Shown one piece after another: positions 1 through 8,744 of a stretch of DNA of 64,000 nt. The position numbers and the translations under genes are program-made. The notes under the pieces are model-generated. The model had not been told where the DNA came from. It was given only the letters and a program-made list of their open reading frames with translations, and did not search any database. The first letter of the stretch is position 1; each line of letters begins with the position of its first letter. The DNA comes from a virus (taxonomy: Duplodnaviria > Caudoviricetes), in IMG/VR virus record IMGVR_UViG_3300044957_001482, positions 34,179 through 98,178 of that record. One strand, given 5' to 3'.

Positions 1-188
1 GTTTCTACAGCCTTGAGTATTTCGTGGCGCGGGTAGATGCGTTCGTTGGCGTTGCGCTTGTCACCTTCGATACAGATGCCCTTGAGATAAAGGTTTTTTC
101 CGCCTTTACCCGTGGCATCATCTTCGGTGATTACCTCGATCCGGGCCTGGTTAAAGGTTAGATCTTCTCTGAGGTATCGTGCGCTCAT
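1..188 (-). CDS. Prohead protease, T4 gp21-like (5' part; continues beyond the window)
   Basis: Not in the ORF track. Manual translation from ATG at 188 gives MSARYLREDLTFNQARIEVITEDDATGKGGKNLYLKGICIEGDKRNANERIYPRHEILKAVE, with the gp21-type LY(I/L)xG...xNxNxRxYP motif. Lies downstream of the portal and scaffold genes. Confidence 0.85.
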   Translation of the reverse strand, partial: MSARYLREDLTFNQARIEVITEDDATGKGGKNLYLKGICIEGDKRNANERIYPRHEILKAVE

Positions 189-194
189 TGCTGA

Positions 195-998
195 TTAGCC
201 TCTGGTACCACCGGGCAGCGGGCTCTTGACGTTGACGCCAGTGGCCTGATCCAGATGTGGTTTGACTGCTGGGCTGGGCTTCTGTGTGCCCTGTGCAGGT
301 GTATTACCAACCTTGCCAATGAGATCCTTGGTGGTAGGGGCCGGACGACCTTGTGCAGTGTCGCCAGTCATCCTGACCGGATCTGCTATGGCACCACGCG
401 CACCCGAATTGTTGGCGTTTGTGCTCTTCTTGTTGACCGAGCCTTCCTCCGAAGTAACAGGCTTGGGTGCGGCCTTGAGGCTGACTGCTTCCATGGCTGG
501 CTTGGGTTCCATGTTCATTTCTTTGGTTTCGTCGGCGTCGCCACCTTTGTCGGGGTCCATCATGTCTTCGTTGCCTTGGTTGTTGCCCATGAGTTCTTCA
601 AACTCGGCCATGAGCTCTTCCAGTTTGTCTTCCAGATCCATGACTCGGTCTTCGAGTTCTTCGTCACTGCCCATGTCATCGTGATGATCTACATCATCTT
701 CGCCCATTTCAAACTCTTCTTCTTCTTCTTCTTCTTCTTCCTCGTCTACGCATGAGGCTTCGTCTACGCATGAGGCTTCCATGTGCATGTCGTTTTCTTC
801 GTCCATTTCGACATCGTCGATCAGGTCGTCAGCAGCATCACCGCCCATGGCTTCGTCCAGTTCTTCTTCGGCTTCTTCAGCCATGATATTTTCATAAATC
901 TCGCGGCTCTTTTCTACCACGATGTCGTGGAAAAGTTCGCGAGCCTTTTGTTCTTCATCGTTGATCACGTACTCGATCAACTGTTCAAATCTGTTCAT
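195..998 (-). CDS. Highly acidic prohead core/scaffold-like protein
   Basis: 267 aa, very Glu/Asp-rich with a coiled-coil segment (LEDRVMDLEDKLEELMAEFEELM). Sits between portal and protease. Upstream GAGG Shine-Dalgarno and TAAATA motif. Confidence 0.6.
   Translation of the reverse strand: MNRFEQLIEYVINDEEQKARELFHDIVVEKSREIYENIMAEEAEEELDEAMGGDAADDLIDDVEMDEENDMHMEASCVDEASCVDEEEEEEEEEEFEMGEDDVDHHDDMGSDEELEDRVMDLEDKLEELMAEFEELMGNNQGNEDMMDPDKGGDADETKEMNMEPKPAMEAVSLKAAPKPVTSEEGSVNKKSTNANNSGARGAIADPVRMTGDTAQGRPAPTTKDLIGKVGNTPAQGTQKPSPAVKPHLDQATGVNVKSPLPGGTRG
714..777. repeat. (TTC)n poly-Glu run followed by an exact 18-bp tandem duplication
   Basis: TTC run at ~714-740; tcgtctacgcatgaggct occurs at 742-759 and 760-777, encoding EASCVD twice. 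Confidence 0.9.
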
Positions 999-1102
999 GA
1001 TAGAGGCTCCTATAGGAAAGTGTGTTTTTATTTACATAACTTGTTGAAACTCATTGTAGTTGACGTGGAAAATGGTGAAAATTGCAGATTTATTGCAATG
1101 AG

Positions 1103-1321
1103 TTAGATCGCAGACGCTGCTGGCGGTGCGTACTGGGTACGAATTTTTTTGAGTTTTTCGCTGTGTTCAAACTTGCGTACATCGTTCATGCGACGCAGTT
1201 TGGTTAACTGACGCAGAGTGAGTCGAGTTTTTCTTAGGTCATGTTTGGTAATCTGGCTGTTGTCTTGGCCAAGGTCTTGATATGATTCCGGCTCACGGTT
1301 CCAGATTTCAGTTAGCAACAT
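1103..1321 (-). CDS. Small basic head-module protein (possible prohead core component)
   Basis: 72 aa, RKTRLTLRQLTKLRRM. Lies between portal and scaffold, with a TAAATA motif immediately upstream. Confidence 0.65.
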   Translation of the reverse strand: MLLTEIWNREPESYQDLGQDNSQITKHDLRKTRLTLRQLTKLRRMNDVRKFEHSEKLKKIRTQYAPPAASAI

Positions 1322-1329
1322 GCGATTAT

Positions 1330-3126
1330 TTATCCGCCTGTCGGGATCGTCGGTGTGGACGCTGCCGGGAGTACTCCGCCCGGTGCACCTGGTGCAGCCG
1401 GCGAGCCTGGCACTTCACCGGCTCCACCTTCGATTCCGGCCAATTCTTCACCTGCAGCGATATCGCTTTCGATGCCGCCCGGTGTAATTCCGATGGTGCG
1501 CAGATCTTTCCCGGCTGCGGCTGCCAGTTCGGCCTGATCGCGTTCTTCTTGCCACAGTCGCTCGTTTTCGGAGATTTCGTCCTTGCTGAGACCCAGGAAT
1601 CGTTCTAACAGAAATCGCTTGGACAGATAAGGAAACGGGTCGAGTCTTGAAAATGCATCTATGCGTGTGATATCCAGTTCGGCCTGCCGATAACTGGCGA
1701 AATTCTGTGGCGGACAAAATGCCAGGGTAAACAGTCCCGAATCGATGTTGAATCCACGCCATTTCAAGAACATCTTGAATTCGTCGTCCAGTTTTTGTGC
1801 AATTGCTGTCTGCAGGCGTTCGCAATATTGGTTGAATCGATATTCCTGTATCAGCGCAGTGCCCACACGTCCATCGTTAAGTGCGCGGTCAGATTCGTCG
1901 GGTCCTGTGGGTAAATAGCTGCTGGGCACTCTGAGCCCGCGAGCCATTTTGTTGTTGAAGTATCTGAGGTCGTCAATTTCTCCTAGATTCTGACCGCCAG
2001 GCAAGGTTTCCACCGATGACCCGCGACCGTCTTGTCCCTGTGGGAAAAAGTAATCTTCGTTGATCGAAAGTGGATTGTAACTGGCATCCATCATGTTGGC
2101 ACCGCCGCCGGTTACCGTGGGTATGCGACGTTGATGCATTTCGTTTTTCACCCGTTCCACAAACTGCATGGCCAGGTGACTGGGCATGTTGCCCACGTCA
2201 ATCTTGAAAATCCTGCGCTCGGGTGCACGGCTTACGCGATAGATCAGTATGGCGTCTTCCAGCAGCTCTTTCTGCTTGAATACTTTGTAGATGTTTTCCA
2301 AGATCGAACGGCCAAAGGGCCAGAACACATCCAATCCCTCATTGAGACTGAGGTGCACCACGTGCTTGGCATCGATGCAGGTTTCATTCATGGCCGTCAT
2401 GAAGCGTGCATTGCCCACACCTCCGCCCACACCACCACTGGGCATGGTATAGTTGGCCGATCCCGATATGGTCCCTGTCACCGGATTGGTCATGTAGTCC
2501 GTGGTGGTCTTTTGTGCGATGGACAGACTTTGAAAATTGGGGTTGATGTCGCGAATCACATACTGCTCAGGACGTTTGCCTTCGCTTTCGTTGACAATGA
2601 TACGCATGACCTTTGATGTGTCCACCCAATACATTTCAAAGGTCTCAGGATCTCGCACAAAAACCTGGTCGCCGTACTTGATGGTATTGCGGAACAGTTT
2701 GAAGATACGTTGGTCAAACTGATTGAGCTTGGTCCATTGTTGTAGTTGTTTGCGAATGATCTGAATTTCGTGATCAGTGGGATCGTCGCGAAACCTGATT
2801 TCAAACGGCGTGTCGTTGTCTTTGTTGGTCTGTGTAGAAAACTCTGCAACAATGTCCAGACATGCATTGATCTCGGAATCCATGTCCATGTTTTCGTACT
2901 GATTGTATCGTTCGATACGATTGGGGTGACCCGAATACACTTCGGGCAATCTGGATGCATAGTTTCGAAACACAAAATCCGCAGGCATGCCCATGCTGCC
3001 ATCGTTGCGTCTGTAGTTGGGCAATCCGTATTGATTGTGTCCAGATATCGGACTTATCACACCCGATGTATCTGCGACTTTGAAATACTTACGCCATGAC
3101 TTGGATTGATTTTCTCGATTAGCCAT
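1330..3126 (-). CDS. Portal vertex protein, T4 gp20-like
   Basis: 598 aa with gp20 hallmarks: LEDAILIYRVSRAPERRIFKIDVGNMP, EDYFFP, GSSVETLPGGQNLGEIDDLRYF, LRVPSSYL. Confidence 0.95.
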   Translation of the reverse strand: MANRENQSKSWRKYFKVADTSGVISPISGHNQYGLPNYRRNDGSMGMPADFVFRNYASRLPEVYSGHPNRIERYNQYENMDMDSEINACLDIVAEFSTQTNKDNDTPFEIRFRDDPTDHEIQIIRKQLQQWTKLNQFDQRIFKLFRNTIKYGDQVFVRDPETFEMYWVDTSKVMRIIVNESEGKRPEQYVIRDINPNFQSLSIAQKTTTDYMTNPVTGTISGSANYTMPSGGVGGGVGNARFMTAMNETCIDAKHVVHLSLNEGLDVFWPFGRSILENIYKVFKQKELLEDAILIYRVSRAPERRIFKIDVGNMPSHLAMQFVERVKNEMHQRRIPTVTGGGANMMDASYNPLSINEDYFFPQGQDGRGSSVETLPGGQNLGEIDDLRYFNNKMARGLRVPSSYLPTGPDESDRALNDGRVGTALIQEYRFNQYCERLQTAIAQKLDDEFKMFLKWRGFNIDSGLFTLAFCPPQNFASYRQAELDITRIDAFSRLDPFPYLSKRFLLERFLGLSKDEISENERLWQEERDQAELAAAAGKDLRTIGITPGGIESDIAAGEELAGIEGGAGEVPGSPAAPGAPGGVLPAASTPTIPTGG

Positions 3127-3634
3127 TATCTTGCTCCATCAATTTTGCTGCTTTTTTTGCGGCAAAATATTTTTTTAATGTGTCAGAAATTTTTTTGGCT
3201 CGAAACGGATCGTAAGGTCTTCCAAGATTGGCTAGTCTGACTTTTTCTCTATGGTCTGCAGTCACAGTTCCTTTATAATTCTTTAGCTGCTCGGGGGTTC
3301 GTTTTTTTCCTTTGTTTCCTTCAGAAATCTTTCTTTTAGTTTCTTCAGAATGCTTCCAACCAACTGCGCACGCCCATTGATTGATTTTGATGTTATCTAG
3401 CAAGCCGCCATCAATTTTTCTTTTATACCTAGAAATTAACTCGCCCTCGAGTTTTTTTGCCTCATCGTTTGTTAATCCGTCCTGAACAATTACCCTGCGT
3501 TCAAGAGGAAGTAGTTGGGTTCGTGTGTGCGGTCGATGCAACCGTCTGCCAAATCCTTTTCCAATGTAGTACGGTTGACTGTCTTCATTTGCATATTGAT
3601 ATACATAGAATGTACGAGAATCGTGTTCTGCCAT
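3119..3634 (-). CDS. Free-standing GIY-YIG homing endonuclease with NUMOD3 motif (Seg-like)
   Basis: N-terminal FYVYQY...PYYIGKG...R...E...N pattern and NUMOD3-like KHSEETKRKISEGNKGKKRTPEQ. Visibly more AT-rich than its neighbours; overlaps the portal start. Confidence 0.8.
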   Translation of the reverse strand: MAEHDSRTFYVYQYANEDSQPYYIGKGFGRRLHRPHTRTQLLPLERRVIVQDGLTNDEAKKLEGELISRYKRKIDGGLLDNIKINQWACAVGWKHSEETKRKISEGNKGKKRTPEQLKNYKGTVTADHREKVRLANLGRPYDPFRAKKISDTLKKYFAAKKAAKLMEQDNG

Positions 3635-3650
3635 GGTAGTTTATTTAACC

Positions 3651-6600
3651 CTAGTTTGCTGCTGCTTGGGCCATTTTCTGGTTGGCATCAGCGGTTCTGC
3701 TTTGACTTGTTGCTATCATCTGCAGTGTTTCCAGTATACGCCGCTGTGTCCCATCGTCTTTGTTTTGCAATGAATTGACCACTTGTTGCAGGGTAGATTT
3801 GAATTCTTGTGTTACCTGTTGTATGGCTGCGGATTGATCAACATTGGATTGTTGTATGACATCCTTGATAGCAGTGCCCAGTATTTCACCTATGTCAGGG
3901 CCAAACATTTTGCTACCGGCCTGAACACCGGCAAAGTCAAAATTCATCAACATGCCCGACTTGACAATCTCTTTCCAGGTGTTAGGGTCGGTAATAGTCT
4001 GTGTGGCGGAATCGTAGGCTCCCAGCTGCCCGGCAATTTTCTTCAGGGCTTCTATGTCGGTGGTGATTGGACCCTGGTTGAACCCGGTATAGTCGTCATA
4101 CTGCCCGAGCAGTCTAGCCTGGTCGACGACCAGGCCCGGGTCGATCAAACCATTTTGCTGATTGAATCCAAATGCATTGGCAGCAACATAGTCGTCCAGG
4201 CTACGAGAGTAGCGGGAGATCAAACCATTTTGCTGATTGAATCCAAATGCATTGGCAGCAACATAGTCGTCCAGGCTACGAGAGTAGCGGGAGATCAAAC
4301 CATTTTGCTGATTGAATCCAAATGCATTTCTGTCCGCTGCAGCAGCATAGGCAGCAACATAGTCGTCCAGGCTACGAGAGTAACGGGAGATTGCTGCGAG
4401 ATCTGTGCTTATAGTACCAGTGTCATTCACATTCCGAATGAGTTTGACTTTGACGTTATCATCGGTGCCCCGACGAGTGATATTTGAATTAACCATGCTT
4501 CGGAGGTCATGCAAGGTCTTTTCCAGCTTCGGCGAAAGACTGACCGGAATAGTGTCGCCATCGGGCAGTGGAACCACTGCCTCAGGGCCGGCTTCGCCAG
4601 CAATGGCTATGCCATCGGTCACACCGCCTTTGGCCATAGCAGGTATTTCCACATGAAAGTGACCGCCGGTGGAGTGGCGACTGGGGTTGGTATATTCATC
4701 GCGAACATATGACGCACCATTGCTTTTTAGCCACTCGACGATTTTCTCTGACTGTTCCGGAGTGGGAGGTTTTTGCAAAACAAAATCCAAGGCCGCACCT
4801 TTGTTGTGTGCACTCCCTGGGACTTCTTTTTGATGGTAGTGATCGAAAAAGCCAGAAAAATACCCAAAACCTGGCACCCCTTCCTGGATGTTTTGGGCCA
4901 AATTGATCAATCGCCGATCCAGCTGAGCCCCGGCCTGTTGGACATCACCGCGCTTGACACGCAGACCGAAATTTTGGAGATCGCCCACTGTGAAGCTTTG
5001 TTTTTGCGCGGGTCCCAGTGGAGCAGCAGTGCTTTTGTTGGCGGCTGCGGCTGCCGCAGGTGCAGCACCAGGTGCTGCACCAGGTGCTGCACCTCCAAAC
5101 ATCGAAGTCGGAGCAGGTAGAATATCAGCAGGTGCCACGTAACCCCCTGGGCCAGCGCCTGGCACTCGCACACTTTGGCTAGAACTCTGCCATTGTTTAC
5201 GGAAATCGTCTTCGATCTTACGCTTCTGGTCCAGGCTCAGTTCAACATCTTTCTTGAACAGTTTGCCAATTACCCCGTAGGCCCGGGTATTGGCTTCGGC
5301 CTGTGCATCACCGACAGCACTGCGCAGACCCGATTCGTACATTTCTTGTGCTTGTTTGATACCACGCAGTTTCTGCTCTTCGTCAAAGAGGGTTTGTTCT
5401 AATTTGCGTTCATTCGCAGTCTTTCCTATGCCCAGGATCCGACCAAGCAAATTGGCCTGGCTCTTGTTACGCTCGTCTTGCAGCTGTTTTCTAAGATTAT
5501 CGACTTTGCTCCGGGCCGCTGCTTCTTGTTCGCTCTTGGGTTCTGTCTCGGTAACTCCAAACATCTCGTTGAGCTTTTTTGTGCTAATGGCCACCGCCTC
5601 GGCAAAGGCCAGCGATGCCGCAGTGGCTGCAGGAAGACCTTTGGCTGACACGAAGCGTTCTACAGCTTCGTTGGCACGGATCTGCGTGGCACGCAGTTTG
5701 GCTTGATCGGTCAACATCTTGTCGGCTTTTTGACCCTCGGCCTCGGCCGATTTCTTGCGGTCAGCCTCGATTTTTTCTAGGATCTCGACAATGTCTTTCT
5801 CGGCCAGCCCGGCCAATTTCAAATCACCGGCCAGATCGCCAAAGACCTGATTGTAAGTACCGATCATGCCCATGGTAGTGCCCAGGCTGCGTGCAGTTTG
5901 GCCGTGGGCACGTGCGATGCGTTGTGCTCCTTCGGCAGCACTTATCTGACCAGCTATGATCTGTTGTGCCACGCGCATGCTTTCACCATTCGTGCCCATC
6001 AATGACTTTTGTGCTTTTTCGGTCTGTATGTAGCCGGTCTGTATGTCAGCAAAGCCCTGAGCTGCTTCGGCATTCAGACTCTGCAGTATCAGGAATGTGT
6101 CTTCCAAGGCCTTGGCCTCTTTGAATTTCCCTTGCTGGCGCAGGCTTTCCAACTGTGCAGCAAAGCGTTCCTGGCTGCGCACCTGTTCGCGTGCTTTTTC
6201 CTGTTCTTGGCGTGACAGGCCAGTGAGTTTGGTCAGTGCATCCTGTTCTTCGAGATATCGTCGAGCCCCCTGGGCCAGGCGGTTGAGATCATCAGCACTG
6301 CGCTCAGCACTGCGCACAGTGTAGTCACCGGCCACGCGTTGCTGTTTGACATAGTTGGCCATGATCTCGGCGACGTCGGTCATGTCGTAACCTAGTCTGA
6401 AAAAATATTCTCGCGATCCTGCCAGAGCCAGGCTCATCTTGGCCAACTGTTGTCGTCCGGTGACCACGCCGCCGCCAAACAGTGTGAGTTCAGTGGCATT
6501 CCGTGTTATGACCGATATCAGGCCTTCCAGTTCACTTGATTGCGCTGACACTGCGATACCAAACCGCTTGGCATCATCAAACACTCCAGTCAGGCCGTCA

Positions 6601-7130
6601 CTGGCAGCAGCACCCGATTGGGCCAGGTCCGAATATCCTTTGTACAGTCTATCGGACTGCTCGTTGGCTGCTTTCATCAGATCCGTAAAGCCCTGGGCAG
6701 CCAAGGCCGCGCCGGCAACGCCCGCGGTCATGGCCACTGCTCCGACATTGACCTTGGCCACATTGATTCCCAATGCACTCAACACTCCGCCCAGAGGTTT
6801 CAAAGCACGTCCCAGGGGAATCAACAGTCCTAGCACTGTGATCATACCAATGATACCGGTTGCGGCTTGATCTATGGAGTCATTGAATGCAGCAGCGCCC
6901 TTGGCACCGTTATTCATGGCCGTGGCCGCGGTGAGCACTGACCCTGCGAGATCCAACAGTGCATTCACGGCTTTTGCACCGGCTATTTCCAGCTGCTTGG
7001 ATGTCTGTGTGCTGCCCACACTGAGAGCGCGTGCAGTCTGATCGGTCACATAGCCCAGTGTGCGCAGTTCTTCATTGATCTGTGCCAGCAGTCTTGCACT
7101 TTCTTCCAGCTCTTGATTTGGATCGGCCAT
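3651..7130 (-). CDS. Tail tape-measure-like protein with internal peptidase M15-type domain
   Basis: 1159 aa, long Ala/Gln-rich helical region. Carries the tape-measure motif AKGG...AGEAGPEAVVPL and a zinc-peptidase pattern SAHNKGAALDF...GGHFHVE (~4648-4814). Confidence 0.75.
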   Translation of the reverse strand: MADPNQELEESARLLAQINEELRTLGYVTDQTARALSVGSTQTSKQLEIAGAKAVNALLDLAGSVLTAATAMNNGAKGAAAFNDSIDQAATGIIGMITVLGLLIPLGRALKPLGGVLSALGINVAKVNVGAVAMTAGVAGAALAAQGFTDLMKAANEQSDRLYKGYSDLAQSGAAASDGLTGVFDDAKRFGIAVSAQSSELEGLISVITRNATELTLFGGGVVTGRQQLAKMSLALAGSREYFFRLGYDMTDVAEIMANYVKQQRVAGDYTVRSAERSADDLNRLAQGARRYLEEQDALTKLTGLSRQEQEKAREQVRSQERFAAQLESLRQQGKFKEAKALEDTFLILQSLNAEAAQGFADIQTGYIQTEKAQKSLMGTNGESMRVAQQIIAGQISAAEGAQRIARAHGQTARSLGTTMGMIGTYNQVFGDLAGDLKLAGLAEKDIVEILEKIEADRKKSAEAEGQKADKMLTDQAKLRATQIRANEAVERFVSAKGLPAATAASLAFAEAVAISTKKLNEMFGVTETEPKSEQEAAARSKVDNLRKQLQDERNKSQANLLGRILGIGKTANERKLEQTLFDEEQKLRGIKQAQEMYESGLRSAVGDAQAEANTRAYGVIGKLFKKDVELSLDQKRKIEDDFRKQWQSSSQSVRVPGAGPGGYVAPADILPAPTSMFGGAAPGAAPGAAPAAAAAANKSTAAPLGPAQKQSFTVGDLQNFGLRVKRGDVQQAGAQLDRRLINLAQNIQEGVPGFGYFSGFFDHYHQKEVPGSAHNKGAALDFVLQKPPTPEQSEKIVEWLKSNGASYVRDEYTNPSRHSTGGHFHVEIPAMAKGGVTDGIAIAGEAGPEAVVPLPDGDTIPVSLSPKLEKTLHDLRSMVNSNITRRGTDDNVKVKLIRNVNDTGTISTDLAAISRYSRSLDDYVAAYAAAADRNAFGFNQQNGLISRYSRSLDDYVAANAFGFNQQNGLISRYSRSLDDYVAANAFGFNQQNGLIDPGLVVDQARLLGQYDDYTGFNQGPITTDIEALKKIAGQLGAYDSATQTITDPNTWKEIVKSGMLMNFDFAGVQAGSKMFGPDIGEILGTAIKDVIQQSNVDQSAAIQQVTQEFKSTLQQVVNSLQNKDDGTQRRILETLQMIATSQSRTADANQKMAQAAAN
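4143..4391. repeat. Three tandem copies of a 75-bp unit within the tape-measure gene
   Basis: gatcaaaccattttgctgattg starts at 4143, 4218 and 4293. Encodes ISRYSRSLDDYVAANAFGFNQQNGL x3; the third copy has a short in-frame insertion. Confidence 0.92.
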
Positions 7131-7140
7131 AAAAACATCC

Positions 7141-7148
7141 TATAAATA
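7141..7148 (+). promoter_or_regulatory. T4-type late promoter TATAAATA (for the gp26-like gene)
   Basis: Exact T4 gp55 consensus 30 nt upstream of ATG 7178; a gp55-like sigma is encoded in the window. Confidence 0.75.
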
Positions 7149-7161
7149 AACTACTACTGCA

Positions 7162-7169
7162 TATTTATA
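7162..7169 (-). promoter_or_regulatory. T4-type late promoter TATAAATA (for the tape-measure gene)
   Basis: tatttata on the plus strand reads TATAAATA on the minus strand, ~32 nt upstream of ATG 7130. Confidence 0.75.
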
Positions 7170-7177
7170 GGTGCCCA

Positions 7178-8020
7178 ATGACCATGACTACCAACCCATT
7201 ACAACAGTTTTTCCGGCAGCCTGCGATCTATCTACGCCTGCCCAGCGGTGGCCAATTCTGGCCACCGGGCAGTGTTGACATCCCGCAGACCGGAGAACTA
7301 CCGGTGTTTCCCATGACTGCTGCCGACGAGATAACCTATCGTACGCCCGACGCACTGTTCAACGGGCAGGCTGTGGTCGACGTGGTGCAGAGCTGCATAC
7401 CCGCGATCAAAAATGCCTGGGCCATACCCAGCATCGATCTCAATCCCATCCTGGTGGCCATACGCATCGCCAGCTATGGACACGAAATGGAGATTGGAAC
7501 CACTTGTCCTGCCTGCAGCACCAATGCTGAATTTTCGCTGGACCTGAGATCAGTGCTGGATCAGATGCGAGCACCAGACTACACCACAGCTCTGCGCCAA
7601 GGAGACCTTGAAATCGCATTCCACCCCATGAGCTATCAGCAGCAGAATGCCAGCAATCTCGAACAGTTTGAAAGCCAGCAGATCATGCGTTCGGTGCCCG
7701 ACAGCGGACTGCCTGAGCGTGAAAAAGTGCAACAGATGTCAGAACTGATAAAGACCATAACACGTCTCACCATACGAGCACTCACTGCCAGCATTGCCAG
7801 CGTGCGCACTCCGCACGCCCTGGTCACTGATCCTGCACACATCCAGGAATGGCTGGAAAACTGCGACCGAGCACTGTTCACTGAGATACGCAATCATGCG
7901 ATCAAACTGCGCACTGACACCGAACTGCGGCCCATGGATCTCACTTGTCGTGACTGCGGACATCGATACGAGCAAGGACTGACTCTGGACATGGCAAGTT
8001 TTTTCGAACTCGCCTCCTGA
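7178..8020 (+). CDS. Baseplate hub assembly / tail assembly chaperone, T4 gp26-like
   Basis: 280 aa: YLRLPSGG, PMTAADEI, ILVAIRIASYG, two CxxC pairs (CPAC, CRDCGH) and a C-terminal ..FF, matching the gp26-family pattern. Confidence 0.7.
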   Translation: MTMTTNPLQQFFRQPAIYLRLPSGGQFWPPGSVDIPQTGELPVFPMTAADEITYRTPDALFNGQAVVDVVQSCIPAIKNAWAIPSIDLNPILVAIRIASYGHEMEIGTTCPACSTNAEFSLDLRSVLDQMRAPDYTTALRQGDLEIAFHPMSYQQQNASNLEQFESQQIMRSVPDSGLPEREKVQQMSELIKTITRLTIRALTASIASVRTPHALVTDPAHIQEWLENCDRALFTEIRNHAIKLRTDTELRPMDLTCRDCGHRYEQGLTLDMASFFELAS

Positions 8021-8022
8021 TC

Positions 8023-8235
8023 TTGAGCAATGACGAGATCTCTAAATATGTGGAACAACTGGATCAGGAGGCCAAAAACATACGCGCAGACAGCATGCGT
8101 CTGGCCTGGCACATGCGCGGCGGCGCTAGCTACGCACAGGTCATGATGATGAGTGCCGACGAGCGCAGGGCCATTTCTGAACTGATCAAAGAAAACATAG
8201 AAACCACGAAAAAATCTCGTTTACCCTGGTTCTGA
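8023..8235 (+). CDS. gp51-like baseplate assembly protein, probably made as a -1 frameshift fusion to the upstream gene
   Basis: 70 aa ORF with a TTG start and the motif MMMSADERRAISELIKEN. Its frame is open from the slippery heptamer T TTT TTC at 7999-8005. Confidence 0.6.
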   Translation: MSNDEISKYVEQLDQEAKNIRADSMRLAWHMRGGASYAQVMMMSADERRAISELIKENIETTKKSRLPWF

Positions 8236-8238
8236 CCC

Positions 8239-8742
8239 GTGAACATCGACACTGTCACACAACAACTCATTCAATGGCTGGAAACATTTGTCGAAAAGCC
8301 ACACCCGGCTCTGGGCGGCTGGTCGCCCTGTCCCTATGCACGGCAGGCTCGCATGACCGGTCAGATAAAAATCGTCCCGGGCACCGAGCTCGTAGACAAT
8401 GCCCGTCAGGCCGCTGCACAGGGACTATGGCAGAGAGAAGTGGTGATATATTGCTATCCCACTGATCGTTGGTCTGGCCGGGAGTTTGCCGATCAGGTCA
8501 GTCAAATAAACCAATTTTTACGACCACAGGGCATGTTTGCTCTGGATGATCACCCAGACAATGCCGAAATAGTCAATGGCATCAGTTTCAATTTTGGCGA
8601 GTGTGCGCTGATGATACTGCAACTCACTGACAAACTTGACACAGCAGCACGCGCCTTGGCAGCCAAAGGCTACTACGATGGCTGGCCCGAAGAGTATCTA
8701 GCGCAGTTGTTTCACGGACGCACGGATCCTAGGAAAATATAA
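8239..8742 (+). CDS. Hypothetical protein, DUF1415-like
   Basis: 167 aa. W..TFVE...CPYARQA and the downstream DHP motif resemble the DUF1415 CPFA/FHP pattern. Confidence 0.5.
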   Translation: MNIDTVTQQLIQWLETFVEKPHPALGGWSPCPYARQARMTGQIKIVPGTELVDNARQAAAQGLWQREVVIYCYPTDRWSGREFADQVSQINQFLRPQGMFALDDHPDNAEIVNGISFNFGECALMILQLTDKLDTAARALAAKGYYDGWPEEYLAQLFHGRTDPRKI

Positions 8743-8744
8743 TC

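Noticed and set aside
4143-4391. Repeats as a CRISPR array
   Set aside because: Contiguous in-frame 75-bp units with no unique spacers, and no cas genes in the window.
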